A stretch of 64,000 nucleotides of DNA from the NCBI GenBank assembly GCA_049664225.1, contig JBATEX010000133.1:919-64918 (forward strand), read 5' to 3'. Shown here piece after piece: positions 25,685 through 35,325 of this stretch. Position 1 is the first letter of the stretch; each line of letters opens with the position of its first letter. The translations under genes were made by a program, and so were the position numbers. Under the pieces are notes generated by a model. It searched no databases. It had not been told where the DNA came from and worked only from the letters and a program-made list of their open reading frames with translations. The DNA is from Thermoanaerobaculia bacterium. GTDB lineage: Bacteria; Acidobacteriota; Thermoanaerobaculia; Multivoradales; JAHEKO01.

Positions 25685-26914
25685 ATGCGTCTCTCTGCTT
25701 TCAAGGGTATCCGCTACGCCAGCGGGCTCGCCGACCGCGGCAGCCTGGCGGCACCACCGTACGACCAGATTGACGACACCCACGCCGCTCGCCTGAGAGA
25801 GAACCTGCACCAGTTCGCGTGGCTCACCCGCCCGGTCGCGACGGACTACGGTAACCCCTACGATAGTGCTCATAAGACACACGAACAATGGCTGCAGGCC
25901 GGCACCGTTCAACAGGACCCGACCGAGGCCCTCTACCCTTATGAGGTTCTCCTACCAGGAGGGGGACGCCGACTCGGCCTCACCGCGCTCGTCGGCCTCG
26001 AGGACCCAACGGCAGGGATCATACGACCGCACGAAAGGACGGTCGACAAGACGGTGGACGAGCGGCTGGATCTCCTGCGCGCCACCAACGCCGACCTCGA
26101 GCCCATCCTTCTCTTGAGCGACGACAATGGCGGCCTCGACCCGCTGCTGACCGAGGACGTGACGGCAGGCGCATTCCTGGTCGAGCACCAGGACTCATTC
26201 GGCAACCGCCACCGGCTCTACCGTCTCGACGATGCGGTTCGAATCGAGCAATACCGAAGCCTCCTCGAAACCTGTCCAGGCCTCATCGCCGATGGCCATC
26301 ACCGCTATGCGGTCGCCCTCCTACACGCCACCGAGCAGGGTTTGAAGATTGGCTCCGACAAGGCAACGAAACTGGCCGTGATCGCCAGTTTGAAAGCCCC
26401 TGGCCTGACTATCGATCCGATCCATCGCGGACTGCCGGCAGCGGTCGATCTGGACTCGGCGGCAGGACTGGCCAGCAGTCGCCGGCCCTGCGATGCGACT
26501 GCGGGAGTCACCCTCGCAGCAGCAGCGGCTCAAGAAATGCAGCCCGCTCTCGTCGTCCTTGCAACGGGACGCCAGCCCGAAGTCTGGTCCTTCGATCCGT
26601 CAGAGGCCCCTGTCGACCTACCCCCCTACTCCCGTCATCTGGCAGTCGCGTGGCTGCACGATGTCGTGCTCCCGCGGCTCGGACTCGACGCCGCCGCAGC
26701 CCGCGACGGCAGGATCGTCTATCGCTCCGATGCAGACGAACTGGTAACCGCGATCCGCCATGGCGAGCTCACGGCCGGGTTCGTGCTACCGCCAATGTCA
26801 CCGCACAGTTTCTCGAAGGCGACCGCCCAAAGAGCCTTGCTGCCACCGAAGTCGACCCGGTTCCTGCCCAAGATCGTCTCCGGTCTGGTCTGGGCCAGCC
26901 TAGGTGACGAGTGA
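25685..26914 (+). CDS. DUF1015 domain-containing protein
   Basis: N-terminus MRLSAFKGIRY...APPYDQI, then IADGHHRY and about 409 aa, matching my memory of DUF1015. ATG 25685 verified. Confidence 0.7.
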   Translation: MRLSAFKGIRYASGLADRGSLAAPPYDQIDDTHAARLRENLHQFAWLTRPVATDYGNPYDSAHKTHEQWLQAGTVQQDPTEALYPYEVLLPGGGRRLGLTALVGLEDPTAGIIRPHERTVDKTVDERLDLLRATNADLEPILLLSDDNGGLDPLLTEDVTAGAFLVEHQDSFGNRHRLYRLDDAVRIEQYRSLLETCPGLIADGHHRYAVALLHATEQGLKIGSDKATKLAVIASLKAPGLTIDPIHRGLPAAVDLDSAAGLASSRRPCDATAGVTLAAAAAQEMQPALVVLATGRQPEVWSFDPSEAPVDLPPYSRHLAVAWLHDVVLPRLGLDAAAARDGRIVYRSDADELVTAIRHGELTAGFVLPPMSPHSFSKATAQRALLPPKSTRFLPKIVSGLVWASLGDE

Positions 26915-26970
26915 GAGCGAACCCAGTGGTGCCACACATCGAGCCAGAGTGATCCGACCAGGACGAACCC

Positions 26971-27339
26971 ATGCCGACGAGCTTTCGTGACGACAACAAG
27001 CCGGTAGTGTCCTTCGACCCGAGACTGGAAGTGTCGGCTTTCACCCTGTTTCGCAGCCTCCGGGAAGGCAGGGCCCCACTGCTCATCGATGTACGAGAGC
27101 GCCCAGCAGGCAAAACTCTGCGTGGTGCGATGCCCATGCCCAGCCCGGACTGGCGGCCGCTGGCGGACCAGCAGGTGGTCCTGTTCGACGAGGATGGGTC
27201 GAGGTCGGTCCTGCTAGCGGGCGAGCTGCAAGCTGAAGGCTTCCCTCACGTGCGAGCGCTGTTCGGGGGGCTCGAGCTCTACGACTTCTCCCTGGACCCC
27301 GAAGTCGTAGAGGCCGACACCTATCTGATCGATCTTTGA
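26971..27339 (+). CDS. Rhodanese-homology domain protein with Asp in place of the catalytic Cys
   Basis: LLIDVRE...VVLFDEDGSRSVLLAGELQAEGF...LFGGL aligns to the rhodanese loop C-x-x-G-x-R-S, with D73 (27187..27189) at the Cys position. Confidence 0.65.
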   Translation: MPTSFRDDNKPVVSFDPRLEVSAFTLFRSLREGRAPLLIDVRERPAGKTLRGAMPMPSPDWRPLADQQVVLFDEDGSRSVLLAGELQAEGFPHVRALFGGLELYDFSLDPEVVEADTYLIDL

Positions 27340-27359
27340 GAGCCTGTTCTGCGGCGAGG

Positions 27360-28412
27360 TCAGGCCTCTTCCACTCCGCTGACCACAGTCCCGTCCTGCC
27401 TGACTGTCCAAGCCTCTCCGGAGTAGATCAGGTCCTGGAGAGTCCCTTCACCTCGTTGCTCGGTCAGCTCTTCGACCTGCGCGACGGAGGCCAGCTCATA
27501 CGCGGGCCGTGAGACAGAACGGAAGACTCCGATGGGCGTCGGGAAATCCGGTGGCGACAGTTGGGCCACCAGAAAAGCCAGGGCAGGGTTGGGGTCGTGA
27601 GCATCCCAGGTAAGGCAGTCATCAGGTCCCAGGCCGTCACCCAGCTCCACGACCTCCGGTTGGGTGCAGTTCATGCGTATTCCGAGACTCTTGTCCTTGC
27701 CGAACACCAGCGGCTGACCGTGCTCGAGCTGAATCGACTGGGTGTCTCTGGACTCCTTCTCGGTCATGTACTTGAAGGCCCCGTCATTGAATATGTTGCA
27801 GTTCTGGTAGACCTCGATAAAGGCAGAACCCTCATGCTCGACAGCCTGACGTAGCGTCTCCTTCAGGTGCCGCTGGAAAATATCGACAGTTCTGGCGACG
27901 AAGGTGGCACCCGCTCCCAGCGCCAGAGAGAGAGGATTGAAGGGTCTGTCGATAGACCCGAAGGGAGTGGACTTGGTCCGCTTCCCCACCTCACTGGTCG
28001 GCGAATACTGGCCCTTGGTCAGGCCATAGATCCGGTTGTTGAACATCACGATCTTGACACCGACATTGCGCCGTAGAAGGTGGATCAGGTGGTTGCCGCC
28101 GATAGACAGGGCGTCACCATCCCCCGTTGCGACCCAGACCTCCAACTCCGGTCGGGCCATCTTGATCCCCGTGGCGATTCCTGGAGCCCTGCCGTGAATC
28201 GAATGAAAGCCGAAGGTGTCCATGTAATAGGGAAACCGGCTGGAACAGCCGATTCCGGAGACCACGACGAAGTTCTCCTTGGGAATCCCCAGGGTCGGGA
28301 AGAAGGACTGCACCGCCGACAGGATGGCGTAGTCGCCACACCCCGGGCACCACCGCACCTCTTGGTCGGTCTGGAAGTCACTCTTCTTCAATACCGGCAG
28401 CTCAACTGACAT
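27360..28412 (-). CDS. korB: 2-oxoglutarate/2-oxoacid:ferredoxin oxidoreductase, beta subunit
   Basis: WCPGCGDY, GIGCSSR and the TPP motif GDGDALSIGGNH...MFNNRIYGLTKGQ. Start at ATG 28412 (MSVELPVLKK), overlapping the korA end by 11 nt. Confidence 0.9.
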   Translation of the reverse strand: MSVELPVLKKSDFQTDQEVRWCPGCGDYAILSAVQSFFPTLGIPKENFVVVSGIGCSSRFPYYMDTFGFHSIHGRAPGIATGIKMARPELEVWVATGDGDALSIGGNHLIHLLRRNVGVKIVMFNNRIYGLTKGQYSPTSEVGKRTKSTPFGSIDRPFNPLSLALGAGATFVARTVDIFQRHLKETLRQAVEHEGSAFIEVYQNCNIFNDGAFKYMTEKESRDTQSIQLEHGQPLVFGKDKSLGIRMNCTQPEVVELGDGLGPDDCLTWDAHDPNPALAFLVAQLSPPDFPTPIGVFRSVSRPAYELASVAQVEELTEQRGEGTLQDLIYSGEAWTVRQDGTVVSGVEEA

Positions 28413-30288
28413 CGCTTCGGGCCTCCAGGATCTCTTTGATCTTGTCGTAGATCTCGGTTCGGAAGAAGGGTTTTCCCTTGACCTTGCTGTAGCTGATGAC
28501 ATCTCGCAGGTAGCCGGCCCGGAGTAGCAGCGCCAGCTGACCGGAATTCATCTCCGGCACCAGAACCCGCTCAAAGCGGCTCAAGATATCACCCAGGTCG
28601 GGTGGGAATGGATTGATATATCTCAGATGGATTTGACTCACACTCAAACCTTCGCGCCGTGCCTGTCGGACGGCACCCGCGACGGCCCCCAGCGTGCTTC
28701 CCCAACCGACGACCAGCAGGTCGCCTTCCGGGTCGCCGTTGACAACCAGATCTGGAATCTCGTTGGCGATGCGCCGCACCTTTTCGGCCCGATAGTGGGT
28801 CATCTTCTGGTGATTTCTGGCACTGTAGGAGACGTTGCCAGTGAGATCCTCCTTCTCCAGCCCCCCGATACGATGCTCGAGACCCGGAGTACCCGGCACC
28901 GCCCATGGCCTGGCCAGGGTCTTCTCATCGCGAGAGTAGGGCTGGAATCCTTCCGCCTTCGACCAGAATTCGGTCCTGAGGTCGGGAAGAGACTCGAGGC
29001 TGGGCAACTTCCACGGCTCCGAGCCGTTGGCGATGTAGCCGTCGGAGAGAAGAATGACCGGCACCATGTACTTGACGGCGATGCGACAAGCCTCCAGGGC
29101 GGTGTCGAAGCAGTCTGCTGGGGAGCTGGCAGCGAGAACAGGTATGGGTGAGTCACCGTTGCGGCCAAACATGGCTTGCAGGAGATCCGACTGCTCGGTC
29201 TTGGTGGGCAGGCCGGTGGAGGGGCCGCCACGCTGGATGTTGCACACGACAAGCGGCAACTCCACCATGATAGCCAGATTGATGGCCTCGGATTTGAGGG
29301 CAAGGCCCGGACCACTGGTGGAGGTCACCGCCAGGGCGCCTCCAAAGGAAGCCCCAATGGCGGCGGAGACAGCTGCGATTTCGTCTTCCGCCTGAAACGT
29401 CGTCACTCCATAGTTCTTGAAACGCGCCAACTCGTGCAGGATGTCGCTCGCCGGGGTGATCGGATAGCTTCCCAGGTAGAGAGGCAGGCCGCTTCGCCGG
29501 CTGGCCGCTACGAGCCCGATGGCGAGGGCGCCGTTGCCCATGATATTCCGGTAGACCCCCGCCTCCAGCGGCGCCGGTTCTACCTCGTAGCGCACCTGAA
29601 AGGCCTCGGTAATATCGCAGAAATTGTAGCCGGCCGTGAGCGCCTTGACGTTGGCTGCGGCAATCTCCGGGCGACGCTTGAACTTCTGCTTCAGCCAGGT
29701 GATGGAGGTCTCCACTGGGCGGCTGTACACCCAATAGATCATTCCCAAGGCGAAGAAGTTCTTGCACCGATCTTGGGTCTTCACATCCAGGCCGCTGTCC
29801 TCCAGGGCTCGCCGAGTCATGGTCGTAATGTCGGCGGTATAGAGGCGGTACCCTTCGAGGCTCCCATCTTCTAGGGGATTGGTCTCGTAGCCCGCCTTCT
29901 TCAGATTGCGTTCGTCGAACTCATCAGTGTTCGCGATGATGATGCCACTGGGTCGCACGTCCGCCAGCGACTTCTTGAGCGCCGCAGGATTCATCGCCAC
30001 GAGCGCATCGGGGGCATCTCCCGGCGTATGGATGTCGTAGTCGGCGATGCGAACCTGGAACGCCGAGACCCCTGCGATGGAGCCGGCTGGCGCCCTGATC
30101 TCGGCCGGAAAGTCCGGAAAGGTAGCCAGATCATTGCCCATCAAGGCGGAGGTGCTGGTGAACTGATTGCCGGTCAACTGCATTCCGTCACCGGAATCAC
30201 CGGCAAAGCGGACCACCACTTCACCCATCTTCTGGAGCTCTACCTGGCGTTCTGACACTTCTTTGTCGTCAGTGATTCGAGTAGTCAT
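28402..30288 (-). CDS. korA: 2-oxoglutarate/2-oxoacid:ferredoxin oxidoreductase, alpha subunit (fused gamma-alpha type)
   Basis: 628 aa. FAGDSGDGMQLTG N-terminus, and YPITPASDI within the pyruvate-flavodoxin oxidoreductase core. GAAGGA lies upstream of the ATG. Confidence 0.9.
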   Translation of the reverse strand: MTTRITDDKEVSERQVELQKMGEVVVRFAGDSGDGMQLTGNQFTSTSALMGNDLATFPDFPAEIRAPAGSIAGVSAFQVRIADYDIHTPGDAPDALVAMNPAALKKSLADVRPSGIIIANTDEFDERNLKKAGYETNPLEDGSLEGYRLYTADITTMTRRALEDSGLDVKTQDRCKNFFALGMIYWVYSRPVETSITWLKQKFKRRPEIAAANVKALTAGYNFCDITEAFQVRYEVEPAPLEAGVYRNIMGNGALAIGLVAASRRSGLPLYLGSYPITPASDILHELARFKNYGVTTFQAEDEIAAVSAAIGASFGGALAVTSTSGPGLALKSEAINLAIMVELPLVVCNIQRGGPSTGLPTKTEQSDLLQAMFGRNGDSPIPVLAASSPADCFDTALEACRIAVKYMVPVILLSDGYIANGSEPWKLPSLESLPDLRTEFWSKAEGFQPYSRDEKTLARPWAVPGTPGLEHRIGGLEKEDLTGNVSYSARNHQKMTHYRAEKVRRIANEIPDLVVNGDPEGDLLVVGWGSTLGAVAGAVRQARREGLSVSQIHLRYINPFPPDLGDILSRFERVLVPEMNSGQLALLLRAGYLRDVISYSKVKGKPFFRTEIYDKIKEILEARSDVS

Positions 30289-30627
30289 CGATCCTTCACC
30301 AAAGGGTTGTGTAAATGGGCGGGAACCTAGCGCTGGCCAGGCTCAGTCGTGAATCTCGCCGGGATACATTCGACTTCGGAGGCAAGGTTGAAACGATACA
30401 TCGTTATCTTCCTCCGACGACGGCAGGAGTTTAGCAGAAAGCCGGCCGCCGGGCTCAAGATCCAAAATCAGGCTATTATGCATTCGGCGCTCGGAGGTAT
30501 TTGGTTCGGTCACACCGTTTGGCGAGTCGATGGTGTCTTGACTTGGCTCTTCCAGCGAACCTTTCTCCTGCGATCCCCGTAGTGCGAGGTATTCGAGGGC
30601 TCGCTCCAGTTCTTTCCCCAATCTCCC

Positions 30628-32619
30628 ATGTCCAGAACCTCGGTCCTCTTCCGCTCCTCTCTCCTGGTCCTACTGGCCCTGGTCATCGCCTTGCTGGCCG
30701 TTGTTGCCTTGACCGCGGATTCCGCCATCTTGTCACTCTTGGCCAAGGGGCTGCTGCTCGGCTTCGCCCTTTTGGCCCTTCTTTGGCTGTTATGGAAGGG
30801 TCTGTACAAGTTCCTTTGGAGTGTTGGTCGAAGACTGGCGTTCTCTTACTTTCTGATCGGCATCTTCCCCATCCCACTCCTGGCCCTGCTGCTGATCCTC
30901 AACGGCTTTCTCTTGAGTGGCTATTTTCTCGGGCACCTCTATCGAGATGCCGCCAGCTCGCTCCAGCTCGAGGTGCAGAATGCGGCTGAGAGCGCACTGG
31001 TCGGATTCGCCAGCGGAGACGAAGCAGAGGTGGATCAACCCGAGCGGATCGATATCGCCTTCTACCACAAAGGTCGCCGAGTGGCGGGCTCGAAACTGCT
31101 GCCCTCTGAATGGCCCAGTTGGCTCGACAACGGAGAGGGCCTGGAGCAGGAACCGTCCAGCACAGAGCCGGTTCAGCCATTCGTGGCGCTGGCGGACGAG
31201 ATCCCCACCCTCGTCGGTAGCGCTGCGGGAGGCGACAGGGGCGTCTTGGCGGTGTACGTCGGACCGATCGACGAGGAGCTCGGACGACGCAACGACCTCG
31301 ATGTGACCTTGATGCGCGGCGACGATCCCGACAAAGAGGGAACAATCCAGGTCAGCCTGGGGAGCCGCGAATTCGCCCTGGTGCCCTTCAAGGGCGGCAG
31401 GGCCGAGGTTCACGAGCCCGCACTCACCGACGGCCAGAAGCGATCCTGGTGGCAACGTCCCATCCTTCTTTGGGGTGAACTGGCCGGTCCGCTCAGGAGC
31501 CTGAAAGATGGGTCAGTGCTGACAGATGATGTCGTCGCCACTCTCAGAGGCAGGCCGGCGAGAGTCTTCAAACATCTTTTTTCGGGATCCGCAGAGGTCA
31601 ACACTGCCGTATGGGCAAGTCTCATCTCGGTCACGGGCCTGCTCGCGACCATCTACGGCTTCGCCTTTCTCATGGCCTTCTTCCTGATCTTCGCGCTCAG
31701 CCGCGCGGTGAACCGCTTGAGTCGCGCCACCAACTCGGTGAGGGCTGGAGACTTCTCAACCCGTATCCCCGTCAAGCGAGGCGACCAGATAGGCGAGCTG
31801 CAGCGGTCCTTCAACGAGATGACGGCCAATCTCGAGGAATCTGTGGCTGCGGTAGCCCAAAAGGAGATCCTCGACAAGGAGCTGCAGATCGCCCGTGACC
31901 TGCAGCAGAGCCTCATCCCGGCCGATATTCCGACCTCTGAGGCCGCACAATTCTCCACCCTCTTCGAGCCCAGCGCGGCCATCGGTGGAGACTACTTCGA
32001 CATCCTGCGCCTCGACGATCAGCGATTGGTCGTGGTGATTGCCGACGTGTCGGGCCACGGCCTGCCAACAGGGCTGCGGATGGCCATGCTGAAGGCTGCC
32101 CTTGTGATTCTGGTGGAGGAAGGAAAGCCTGCCAAGGAGATTCTGCGCCGACTCAGCACCATGGTCAACTCCGAGAACGAGAGCCGGTTTTTTGTTACCG
32201 CCTCCATCGCCTTCATCGACCTGGAAGCAGGCGAGATGGAGCTGACGAACGCCGGGCACCCCCCCACCTACCTACTGCGTGGCGGCTTAGCGCATGAGAT
32301 TCTGCTGCCCGGCAACCCCCTTGGGGCTCTTGGCGAGTCCTTCGGCCAGAAACAGATCACGCTCGCGGGCAATGACGTGGTCGTCTGGCTCTCGGATGGC
32401 CTGATCGAGGGCCTCGATCCGAGCGGAGAACCGTTCGGCTACGACAGGCTCAAGCAAGCACTGAATGGACCAACCGACGGTGTGGAACAGGTGAGCCAAC
32501 GCCTCTTGGCGGCTGTCGAAAGCCATGCCCGAGGTGTCCCAGCCTCGGACGACAGGACCCTGGTGGCGATGCACTATCGCCCTGCGGTGGCGGCGTCCGC
32601 GAACTCCAGGACCCGCTGA
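30628..32619 (+). CDS. Membrane sensor with HAMP domain and PP2C-type (SpoIIE/RsbU family) phosphatase domain
   Basis: N-terminal TM bundle plus extracytoplasmic segment. HAMP (VRAGDFSTRIPVKRGDQIGELQRSFNEMT), then LQIARDLQQSLIP...GGDYFD...IADVSGHG...GLIE. Confidence 0.85.
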   Translation: MSRTSVLFRSSLLVLLALVIALLAVVALTADSAILSLLAKGLLLGFALLALLWLLWKGLYKFLWSVGRRLAFSYFLIGIFPIPLLALLLILNGFLLSGYFLGHLYRDAASSLQLEVQNAAESALVGFASGDEAEVDQPERIDIAFYHKGRRVAGSKLLPSEWPSWLDNGEGLEQEPSSTEPVQPFVALADEIPTLVGSAAGGDRGVLAVYVGPIDEELGRRNDLDVTLMRGDDPDKEGTIQVSLGSREFALVPFKGGRAEVHEPALTDGQKRSWWQRPILLWGELAGPLRSLKDGSVLTDDVVATLRGRPARVFKHLFSGSAEVNTAVWASLISVTGLLATIYGFAFLMAFFLIFALSRAVNRLSRATNSVRAGDFSTRIPVKRGDQIGELQRSFNEMTANLEESVAAVAQKEILDKELQIARDLQQSLIPADIPTSEAAQFSTLFEPSAAIGGDYFDILRLDDQRLVVVIADVSGHGLPTGLRMAMLKAALVILVEEGKPAKEILRRLSTMVNSENESRFFVTASIAFIDLEAGEMELTNAGHPPTYLLRGGLAHEILLPGNPLGALGESFGQKQITLAGNDVVVWLSDGLIEGLDPSGEPFGYDRLKQALNGPTDGVEQVSQRLLAAVESHARGVPASDDRTLVAMHYRPAVAASANSRTR

Positions 32620-33284
32620 ATGTAATTGTCGGTCTCGCGAAAGGGCGGCACTCCCTCGTGTCGCTCGACCATGGCCTCGCCGGCGTTGTAGCCGGCCAGG
32701 ACCAGAACGAGATCGCCAGCGAACTTCTCTCCGAGCCACTTGATGTAGCGCACCCCCGCTTCAAGGTTCGAAGCCGGATCGAAAGCTTGGGGCTGCTGGA
32801 GGCCGAATCGCGTGGCAGTGGCCGGCATCAATTGCAGAAGGCCCATGGCACCCTTGGGCGAAACCGCTCGAGTATCGAAGGCCGACTCCGCCCGGACCAT
32901 GGCTGCGACCAAGAGCGGATTGACCTCGTGCCGCCGGGAAGTCTCGTAGATCAGCTCACCGAACGGCGTATCAGGAACAACCGAGGAACCCTCGAACCAG
33001 AGTCCCAGGTCGCCCACCGCGTAGCGCTCCCCAGCGGCCGGCCGTTCGACAATCTCGTCCTCGACAATGCGCGCTACCCGCTCGATCGAGATCGTCAGTC
33101 GCCCGCCGTCTCGCAAGCCCAGTACAATCCTGTCCTCCTGGCGCTCGAAGGACTCCACTTTCAGCACCTGGCCATCGGTCATCACCACGAGCTCAGCGCT
33201 CGAGCTCGATGGCGCCGCGAGGAGAAGCATCGAGAGCCAGGCCGGAAAGCCGGGACGTCGGCCGGTCAGTCGCCACCAACTCAA
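32574..33284 (-). CDS. Lytic transglycosylase (SLT domain) protein, exported
   Basis: Signal peptide. Catalytic context VRAESAFDTRAVSPKGAMGLLQLMP and AGYNAG. Confidence 0.85.
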   Translation of the reverse strand: MSWWRLTGRRPGFPAWLSMLLLAAPSSSSAELVVMTDGQVLKVESFERQEDRIVLGLRDGGRLTISIERVARIVEDEIVERPAAGERYAVGDLGLWFEGSSVVPDTPFGELIYETSRRHEVNPLLVAAMVRAESAFDTRAVSPKGAMGLLQLMPATATRFGLQQPQAFDPASNLEAGVRYIKWLGEKFAGDLVLVLAGYNAGEAMVERHEGVPPFRETDNYIQRVLEFADAATAGR

Positions 33285-34213
33285 CGCGAGCTACTCCTCG
33301 GGTGGAACTCGTCGTAGAGACTGCGCAATCGCTGGGCATGGATATGGGTGTAGATCTGGGTTGTCGATATGTCGGAGTGTCCAAGCATCATCTGCACCGC
33401 GCGCAGGTCAGCGCCATGTTCCAAAAGATGGGTTGCGAAGCTGTGGCGCAGCACGTGCGGCGAGACATCCCCCACCCCCGCTCGCAGACCATACCCCCTG
33501 ATGATCTTCCAGAATCCCTGTCGGCTCAGTGGTGCACCCCGCTGATTCACGAAGACGATCTCGTGACGGCCGGTCAGCAGTTGCGGGCGCGCCTCCCTGA
33601 GATAGCGAGTCAGCCAGGCCTCAGCCTGCTCGCCCACGGGAACGACACGCTCTTTACCTCCCTTGCCGAGGACCACGATGAAGCCGAAGTCCAAGCGCAG
33701 CTGGGACAGCTGCAGTCCGACCAACTCACTGACGCGCAGCCCGGTGGCGTACAGCAGCTCCAGCATGGCTTTGTCTCGAAGTCCTGACAGCCGGTCCAGG
33801 TCCGGCGCCCCCAGAAGGGACTCCACCTCGGTCTCCGTCAGTACCTTCGGCAACCGACGCCAGAGCCGGGGTGGAGAGAGGTTGACCGCGGGGTTGTCGG
33901 GCCGTTCGCCAACCTCCTCCAAGTGGCGGTAGAAGCCGCGGATCGACACCAGGGCTCGGGCGATAGAGCGCGGCGACAGTCCCTGTCTGCGCAGCTGTCT
34001 GAGATGTGCGGCGATGGCCTCCTGGTCAGCCGCCAGGGGGTCGACTTCCAGTTGGTCCAGGGAATCGCCCAGACGAGACAGATCCGATCCGTAGGCCTCG
34101 ACCGTGCGCTTCGAGAGCCCACGCTCCAGCAAAAGGGATTCCAGATAGCGCTGGACGGCCCGCCGCCAGAGGGGCTCTGTTGACGAACCGGTCGCGGTCT
34201 TGCGATCGGACAT
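33281..34213 (-). CDS. xerD: Site-specific tyrosine recombinase XerD/XerC family
   Basis: 310 aa. ATGLRVSELVGL, HVLRHSFATHLLEHGADLRAVQMMLGHSDISTTQIYTH (R-H-R-Y catalytic signature). Confidence 0.88.
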   Translation of the reverse strand: MSDRKTATGSSTEPLWRRAVQRYLESLLLERGLSKRTVEAYGSDLSRLGDSLDQLEVDPLAADQEAIAAHLRQLRRQGLSPRSIARALVSIRGFYRHLEEVGERPDNPAVNLSPPRLWRRLPKVLTETEVESLLGAPDLDRLSGLRDKAMLELLYATGLRVSELVGLQLSQLRLDFGFIVVLGKGGKERVVPVGEQAEAWLTRYLREARPQLLTGRHEIVFVNQRGAPLSRQGFWKIIRGYGLRAGVGDVSPHVLRHSFATHLLEHGADLRAVQMMLGHSDISTTQIYTHIHAQRLRSLYDEFHPRSSSR

Positions 34214-34229
34214 CGGAGATCAACCGGTC

Positions 34230-35315
34230 TCACCTACCCACCGTCGCACGTGCCAGGAAGTCCCCAACTTCCGAGGTGGAGCTTCGACCTCCCAGGTCTG
34301 CGGTCGTGACTCCTCCTTCAAGAGCTCGGCCTACGGCGTCTTCGACCGCCGTCGCAGCCTCCCGGTGTCCGAGAGTGTCCAACAGAAGGGCCAGTGTCAG
34401 GATAGCGGCCATGGGATTCGCCGTGCCCAGGCCGGCGTACTTGGGCGCCGACCCATGAACCGGTTCGAACATCGACGTGTGACCGGGATGCAAGTTGGCC
34501 GAGGCGGCCATTCCGAGCCCACCCTGCAGGGCCGCTCCTAGATCGGTGAGTATGTCGCCGAACATGTTGTTCGTGACGATGACCTCGAATTGCTCGGGCT
34601 TGCGGACCAACTGCATGGCCAAGGCGTCGACAAACAGATGGGAGGCCTCGATCTGGGGATAGTCCGAAGAGACGTCAGCAAATGCGCGTTGCCAGAGGTC
34701 GTGGCCAAAACGCATGACGTTCGACTTGTCGGCCATGCAAACCTTGCTGAAACCACGCTCCGTGGCGTACTCGAAGGCAGCTCGCAGGATCCGCTCGACC
34801 CCTTTGCGCGTATGGATTTCCTCCTGTAACGCGACTTCGTCGGGGGTGTCCTTTTTGAAGATGCCTCCGACTCCAACATAGGCCCCTTCGGTGTTCTCCC
34901 GGAAGACCACGAAATCGACGTCGGTAACTCCTTTGCCCCGAAGTGGGCTGAGGTGCTCTGCGTAAAGCTTGATCGGACGGAAGTTGATGTAGAGATCGAG
35001 TCCGAATCGGATACCCAGCAGCACATCCGCGGCGTGCTTCATGTCGGGCACCCGGGGATCGCCAAAGGCCCCGATATAGATCGCATCGTAGTTCTCACGC
35101 AGATCGTCCAGGGCGCCATCGGGAAGCGTCTCACCAGTCTGGAGATAGTGATCTGCGCTCCAGGGAAAGTCGACCGGGGTCAGATCCAGGTTCCACTTCT
35201 GCCGCACGGCCGCCAGCACCTTCATCGCTTCGGCCGTGACCTCCGGACCGATGCCGTCGCCCGGAATCACTGCAATTCGTTGCTGTTTGCGACCTTCTGG
35301 GGGGATCGGTTTCAC
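34230..35315 (-). CDS. Isopropylmalate/tartrate dehydrogenase-family beta-decarboxylating dehydrogenase (LeuB- or TtuC-like)
   Basis: [41 protein letters not shown]. Resembles both actinobacterial-type LeuB and TtuC, and the substrate cannot be resolved by eye. Confidence 0.85.
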   Translation of the reverse strand: MKPIPPEGRKQQRIAVIPGDGIGPEVTAEAMKVLAAVRQKWNLDLTPVDFPWSADHYLQTGETLPDGALDDLRENYDAIYIGAFGDPRVPDMKHAADVLLGIRFGLDLYINFRPIKLYAEHLSPLRGKGVTDVDFVVFRENTEGAYVGVGGIFKKDTPDEVALQEEIHTRKGVERILRAAFEYATERGFSKVCMADKSNVMRFGHDLWQRAFADVSSDYPQIEASHLFVDALAMQLVRKPEQFEVIVTNNMFGDILTDLGAALQGGLGMAASANLHPGHTSMFEPVHGSAPKYAGLGTANPMAAILTLALLLDTLGHREAATAVEDAVGRALEGGVTTADLGGRSSTSEVGDFLARATVGR

Positions 35316-35325
35316 CGTCAGGATG

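Noticed and set aside
30343-30621. 92-aa minus-strand ORF (TTG start) in the korA upstream region as a possible small protein.
   Set aside because: Reading its codons, third positions are only about half G/C, unlike neighbouring genes. It has a non-ATG start, no SD and no recognisable motif. It is treated as non-coding leader or promoter DNA.
33281-34213. The tyrosine recombinase as an integrase marking a mobile element or genomic island.
   Set aside because: Its length and motifs match chromosomal XerD/XerC. It overlaps a lytic transglycosylase gene by 4 nt and is flanked by housekeeping genes. No flanking repeats, tRNA or phage/transposon genes were seen.
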